Origin: an archaeon
GTDB lineage: Archaea > Nanobdellota > Nanobdellia > Woesearchaeales > UBA9642
Length of the DNA stretch: 64,000 nucleotides
Direction of reading: 5' to 3'
NCBI GenBank assembly: GCA_020057295.1
Contig: JAGVGF010000002.1
Coordinates: 32,001-96,000 of the forward strand
Part shown: piece by piece, positions 59,458-64,000 of the stretch
Layout: each line of letters opens with the position of its first letter
Position numbering within the stretch: position 1 is the first letter of the stretch
Translations under genes and position numbers: made by a program
The notes under the pieces: generated by a model
Told to the model about the DNA's origin: nothing
The model's database searches: none
Seen by the model: only the letters and a program-made list of their open reading frames with translations

Positions 59458-60587
59458 TGAGGCACCCCTACAAGTGATCCTATCATGCCTTTAAAATGAA
59501 ATTCATTCTTGAGCCTTAGTGTTATCTCATTTTCATATGTCATGCTTAATATTATTATAGCGTCTATTGAGGATATTTTCTCTTCTGTAGGTTCAACTAT
59601 TTTAATAGTTTTACCAAAAGTGTATCTCTCCCATTTATTAGGATCCGAATCGAATATACACTTCACATTTTCAGAATTAATGTTTGCATAGTTTATTAGG
59701 CTGACTCCACCTCCTGATGCTCCCCAAAATGCAATTCTTTTATTTTTTAATGTAATCTCATTTATCATTTTATTTAGGTGTGTGTTGATTTTATCTTGTG
59801 ATTCATTAAACTCCTTTAATTTTTTGTTTAATGTCACTTTTTTTACAATAGCAACTAAGTAATCATCATTCATAACAGTATAATATTTTAATAATTCAAA
59901 ACCATTTCTGTTTAGAACGTGAGTTAATGTGTTACCAGAAAAATAAATTACGTGTTCTCTAAAGAACTCGAAATATCTCTTTTCTTTTAACATTTTTTCA
60001 AAACTTGGTACTTCTATAAGGCCAATTGCTCCTTCTTTACAGTTTTCGTTTATTAAGTTCAAAAATTCATTAGGTTTCGGTATGTGTTCTAATACAAATC
60101 TTATTACGAATCCATCAAATTTCTCTGGAAAAGTCGCAGTTTTTTTATCGAAATAATTATTGATAACTTTAACTCCTCTTTTTTCTGCTAAGAGAGATGC
60201 TGCTTTTGAAGGTTCAAACCCTGTTATGACTGCTCCTCTTTTCAATAATAACTCAGAAAATAATCCGTCTCCACAACCAATTTCAACTATGTTTTTTTTC
60301 TCTAGGCCTTTTTGTAATGCTTCATAATTATTAATATTTTCTTCAATGAATGCTAATGCAGATTTTGAAAAAGAAGTATTTCTCTGATAATCATCCTCAT
60401 AAGCTTCTTCAAAATCTTCACTTAATTGTATGGTATTACATTCCATGCATCGAAATACATGTATATCTGTAAGATTTTCTTCATCTGATTCTGTTTTTTT
60501 AAGCGAAAATTTGTGACTAGATTTCGGACATGTAGAAGATTCAAAAATAATTTCTATTTTATTAGACTCGCAAATTCTACAATTCAT
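59445..60587 (-). CDS. NDP-sugar C-methyltransferase family protein
   Basis: CRIC/CMEC Zn site, EIGCGDG, LEH, EHVIYF, WGASGGG. Confidence 0.8.
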   Translation of the reverse strand: MNCRICESNKIEIIFESSTCPKSSHKFSLKKTESDEENLTDIHVFRCMECNTIQLSEDFEEAYEDDYQRNTSFSKSALAFIEENINNYEALQKGLEKKNIVEIGCGDGLFSELLLKRGAVITGFEPSKAASLLAEKRGVKVINNYFDKKTATFPEKFDGFVIRFVLEHIPKPNEFLNLINENCKEGAIGLIEVPSFEKMLKEKRYFEFFREHVIYFSGNTLTHVLNRNGFELLKYYTVMNDDYLVAIVKKVTLNKKLKEFNESQDKINTHLNKMINEITLKNKRIAFWGASGGGVSLINYANINSENVKCIFDSDPNKWERYTFGKTIKIVEPTEEKISSIDAIIILSMTYENEITLRLKNEFHFKGMIGSLVGVPHWIE

Positions 60588-61750
60588 TAGATCCTCCCTC
60601 TGATTTTAGTTAGTCTTGGTGATATTACATATATTTCTCCTTTGAAATTAATATCTTCTAGATGTTTCAGAATTTCTTTTTCATATGCCATCGCGGAAAG
60701 TATTATAACGTCGGTCTGATCCGATTTTATTTTCTCTGGAGAAAATATTTCAATATGCGATCCTGGCGAATATTTTCCTATTTTTTTTGTATCGGAATCA
60801 ATAATGTATTTTATACTTTTGGAATCAAAATCACACATAGATAAAAGTGCTAAACCTTTTCCGCCGGCGCCCCACATTGATATGCTTTTATTTTCTGATA
60901 TTAAATTTCTAACTTTTGTGTTGAAATCTTCTTTATATATATCAAATTCGCTTTTAAATCTTGATTCTTCTAACGGCGCAGTCTTCTTAAATATTATAAC
61001 AAGGAATTCGTTGTTATAGGAATCAAAAATATCCAGAACCTTAAAGTTATTTCTAGTAACTAGGTGTACTAAAGACTCTTTGGTATAATATGCCACATGA
61101 TCAGCAAATATATCATAATATCTATCAAATTTTATAGCTTTCTCGAAAGACGGAACTTCTATTAATCCTATCCCGTCCTCTCTCAAAAATTTGTGCATTG
61201 CTTTTAATACTTCGTTAGGGTTCTTTAGGTGTTCGAATACCGCTCTACTAACTATAGCATCAACACTGTTCTTAGGTATTGAAAGATTCTCAGTAAAATA
61301 TTCATAAACAACTGTTATTCCTTTTTCTTCTGCAAACTTTCCAAAAGCAGCAGATGGTTCTATTCCAACTGTTTGAGCTCCATGTTTATTTAGATATTCA
61401 CAAAAAATACCGTCTCCACAGCCAATTTCGTATATTATTTTTTTATTAAGATCGTATTTTTCAATTAACGTTTTTGCTAGTTCTTCGATATACAGATTTA
61501 TCTGTTTGGAAAAGGAAGTGGTCATTATGTAATCTTCGTAATAATCTTCGGGTACTACGGATAAGTCGCCTAGTTGATACAAATTACATGCAGTGCATCT
61601 AACTAGAGAGAGATTTATTTTGTGATCCTCTTCTAATTCATTTTTTTTAAGAAGTTTTTGGATATTTATAGGAGCACCATCTATCTTAAGTATGGTAACA
61701 AGATTTTCACATTCGCATAGTATACATTTATGATTTTTCATTTTCTTCAA
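60587..61750 (-). CDS. NDP-sugar C-methyltransferase family protein
   Basis: CILC/CTAC Zn site, EIGCGDG, FEH, DHVAYY, WGAGGKG. Confidence 0.82.
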   Translation of the reverse strand: MKKMKNHKCILCECENLVTILKIDGAPINIQKLLKKNELEEDHKINLSLVRCTACNLYQLGDLSVVPEDYYEDYIMTTSFSKQINLYIEELAKTLIEKYDLNKKIIYEIGCGDGIFCEYLNKHGAQTVGIEPSAAFGKFAEEKGITVVYEYFTENLSIPKNSVDAIVSRAVFEHLKNPNEVLKAMHKFLREDGIGLIEVPSFEKAIKFDRYYDIFADHVAYYTKESLVHLVTRNNFKVLDIFDSYNNEFLVIIFKKTAPLEESRFKSEFDIYKEDFNTKVRNLISENKSISMWGAGGKGLALLSMCDFDSKSIKYIIDSDTKKIGKYSPGSHIEIFSPEKIKSDQTDVIILSAMAYEKEILKHLEDINFKGEIYVISPRLTKIRGRI

Positions 61751-62837
61751 ACGTTTTAATAATATCTTCTGTATATTTTGTTACGTCTTCACCCTCATAA
61801 TATTTTTTATACCAGTTAAAAGTGTAATCTAAACCCCTATCTATACGAACTATCGGTCTCCACTTTAAAAAACTTTTTGCTTTTGTTGAGTCTAGATTTA
61901 GCATTGTAGCTTCGTGTTTACGATCGTCCTTAGGAGTTATTTCTATTTGACCTTCTCCAAGTATTTTTATGGCTCTATTAGCTACTTCTCTAACAGATAT
62001 ACAATCATCAAATTCTGGTCCAAAATTCCACGCATCAGCTACATCTGTTTTGCCTTCGTACAACAACTTTCCGACAGTCAGATATCCGTATAGCGGAGAC
62101 AAGACGAATTGCCATGGCCGAGTAGCTTCTGGAGATCTAATAACAAATTTAGTTTTTTTATCATAAATTGCTCTTATTATATCGGGTATTAGTCTATCTT
62201 TTGACCAATCTCCTCCAGCGACAACATTACCTGCTCTTACTGTAGCAATTAAAGTGTTATGTGTTTTTCCATAATCCTTCGGATTAAAAAATGAATCATG
62301 ATAAGATCTAGCAATTAATTCAACACATGCTTTTGAGGTACTGTAGGGATCATATCCTCTCAGTTCATCTATTTCTCTATATGGCCACATCCATTCTCTA
62401 TTATGATATACTTTGTCCGTTGTTATAATGACAATAGCTTTTACTGATTTAACTTCTCTAACCGCTTCCAAAAGATTAATTATTCCAAAAATATTAGTGT
62501 CATAAGTATCTCTAGGATCATCGTAACTGATTCTTACAATAGGTTGAGCAGCTAAATGAAAAATTATTTCCGGTTGATTTTCCTTAACAAACTTTTTTAA
62601 TTTATCAATATCTCTTATGTCTGCAAATTCATTAGCGGTCATTTTTTCTTCTAATTTTAGAATTTCAAAAATATTAGGAAATTCTTCCGGCTTCAATGCA
62701 TAGCCATATATTTTTGCATTCATCATAGACAACCATTTGACTAACCATCCGCCTTTAAATCCGGTGTGACCAGTTATAAGAACTTTTTTATTTTTATAGA
62801 ATTCTTTCATCATTTTCTCCAAATCATCCACGGACAA
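61728..62837 (-). CDS. rfbG: CDP-glucose 4,6-dehydratase
   Basis: ITGHTGFKGGWL, HLAAQPIVR, TTDKVY, DPYSTSK, RAGNV, RPWQ. Confidence 0.93.
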   Translation of the reverse strand: MSVDDLEKMMKEFYKNKKVLITGHTGFKGGWLVKWLSMMNAKIYGYALKPEEFPNIFEILKLEEKMTANEFADIRDIDKLKKFVKENQPEIIFHLAAQPIVRISYDDPRDTYDTNIFGIINLLEAVREVKSVKAIVIITTDKVYHNREWMWPYREIDELRGYDPYSTSKACVELIARSYHDSFFNPKDYGKTHNTLIATVRAGNVVAGGDWSKDRLIPDIIRAIYDKKTKFVIRSPEATRPWQFVLSPLYGYLTVGKLLYEGKTDVADAWNFGPEFDDCISVREVANRAIKILGEGQIEITPKDDRKHEATMLNLDSTKAKSFLKWRPIVRIDRGLDYTFNWYKKYYEGEDVTKYTEDIIKTFEENEKS

Positions 62838-63601
62838 TTATTTTCTTTACACATTTTGTTTAATTCTTCATAATGCTTATATGTATCCATTGAAAACCAA
62901 AAATTACAATTTTTGTATGTAGCTAAACCACCTGCTTTTAATATATCCTTTAATGGTTTTTCTTCTAATACACAATTTTCATCTTCTGATAAAAAGTCAA
63001 AAATTCTTTTATTACATATCATCCATCCACCGTTTATATGTCCCTCTAAAAAAGGTTTTTCCTTAAAAGATATAGCAAATTCTTCCTTGGAATCATGCTC
63101 TATCACTCCAAAAGGAGATTGTGCTCTAGTTGTGAGTAAAGTAACTACTGCGCCAAGTTTTTTATGTTTTTTGTATCCCTCTAGAATATCAACATCAGCA
63201 ACACCGTCGCCATATGTCAAGAAAAAATCTTCATCATCACCTAAATATTTTTTAATTTTTGCAACTCTAGCTCCTGTTGATTCGTTTTCTCCAGTATATG
63301 CAAAAGTAATTTTCCAATCTTCTATACTATTATCATTATTGTAGAAATATTCTTTATTATTATCAATAAGATTGAATTTAAAATCATAAGCCATTTCGCG
63401 ATAGTGAATAAAGTATTCCTTAATCATGTCCGATTTAAACCCGAGACAAAGAATAAACTCTGTTATGCCATAATGGGCATAAATTTTCATGATGTGCCAT
63501 AGTATCGGTTTGCCACCTATCTCCACTAACGGTTTTGGTTTGTATTCGGTTTCTTCACGCAACCTAGTACCTTTACCTCCACATAAAATAACTGCCTTCA
63601 T
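62810..63601 (-). CDS. rfbF: Glucose-1-phosphate cytidylyltransferase
   Basis: LCGGKGTRLREET, KPLVEIGGKPILWHIMK, TYGDG, FKEKP, MDT. Confidence 0.94.
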   Translation of the reverse strand: MKAVILCGGKGTRLREETEYKPKPLVEIGGKPILWHIMKIYAHYGITEFILCLGFKSDMIKEYFIHYREMAYDFKFNLIDNNKEYFYNNDNSIEDWKITFAYTGENESTGARVAKIKKYLGDDEDFFLTYGDGVADVDILEGYKKHKKLGAVVTLLTTRAQSPFGVIEHDSKEEFAISFKEKPFLEGHINGGWMICNKRIFDFLSEDENCVLEEKPLKDILKAGGLATYKNCNFWFSMDTYKHYEELNKMCKENNCPWMIWRK

Positions 63602-63723
63602 TCTCTCAAATATAATTGATTATTTATTAACTTTTCGATATATTCTTATTATTTTATTGACTATAAGGTGTAATACTATTCTTGAAATGTGTTATTTAAA
63701 AGCGTTCTTTAAAATTTTGATAA

Positions 63724-64000
63724 TTAGAACTTTTTTTGAAGAAATATAAACTTTACCTCTTCTATAAATAGTTTTTCATAGGCATAATCTTTCATTGCTC
63801 TTTTGTATCCAACTTTAGCTATTTCTATACGTTCTTTATGATTTTTTAGGTAATATTCAATTAACTGTATTGCTTCGGTCATATTATCGTAACAACATAT
63901 TTCTTTTCCAACATTAAATAATCTCTGATGACCTTTAGGATTATCTGTAACTTGTAAAATACCATTTAAACACAATTCATACGTCCTAGAATTACTAGGT
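63724..64000 (-). CDS. CgeB-like glycosyltransferase C-terminus (partial, starts beyond window)
   Basis: RTYELCLNG...LFNVGKEI...YYL...ERIEIAKVGY pattern. Confidence 0.7.
   Translation of the reverse strand, partial: PSNSRTYELCLNGILQVTDNPKGHQRLFNVGKEICCYDNMTEAIQLIEYYLKNHKERIEIAKVGYKRAMKDYAYEKLFIEEVKFIFLQKKF

Noticed and set aside
1-64000. CRISPR array, rRNA or IS element
   Set aside because: No regularly spaced repeats, long GC-rich RNA-like tract, transposase or terminal inverted repeats were seen by eye.

Overview
AT-rich, gene-dense archaeal chromosomal segment. Archaeal BRE/TATA promoters, GGTGA-type SD sites, archaeal TyrRS, RFC large subunit, AglB/STT3 and a DPANN-style gene repertoire suggest a DPANN archaeon, probably Woesearchaeota-like (inference). 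TAA, TAG and TGA all act as stops. Contents, in order: tRNA-His; a ksgA/rsmA gene broken by one in-frame TAG; SufS; two atypical thioredoxin-fold exported proteins; a non-oxidative pentose phosphate cluster (rpe, rpiB, split transketolase with a K+ channel gene between the halves); a DoxX + FMN-binding lipoprotein + ApbE flavinylation module; ppsA; a type II/IV secretion ATPase with its membrane platform protein; tRNA-Phe; rfcL, ychF and tyrS; a free-standing LAGLIDADG gene abutting tRNA-Trp; a block of Ig/PKD surface proteins; AglB; and a roughly 22 kb glycan locus ending in a CDP-branched-sugar cluster. The most striking observation is 40364..41707, which looks like a Gram-negative (Bacteroidota-style) 8-stranded outer-membrane beta-barrel protein with a C-terminal YKF beta-signal, yet sits behind an archaeal promoter nearly identical to that of a neighbouring surface-protein gene. 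Two microproteins missed by the ORF track (a PHD/RING-like Zn finger and a PC4-like protein) were found by hand. All calls come from motif recognition by eye; no searches were run.
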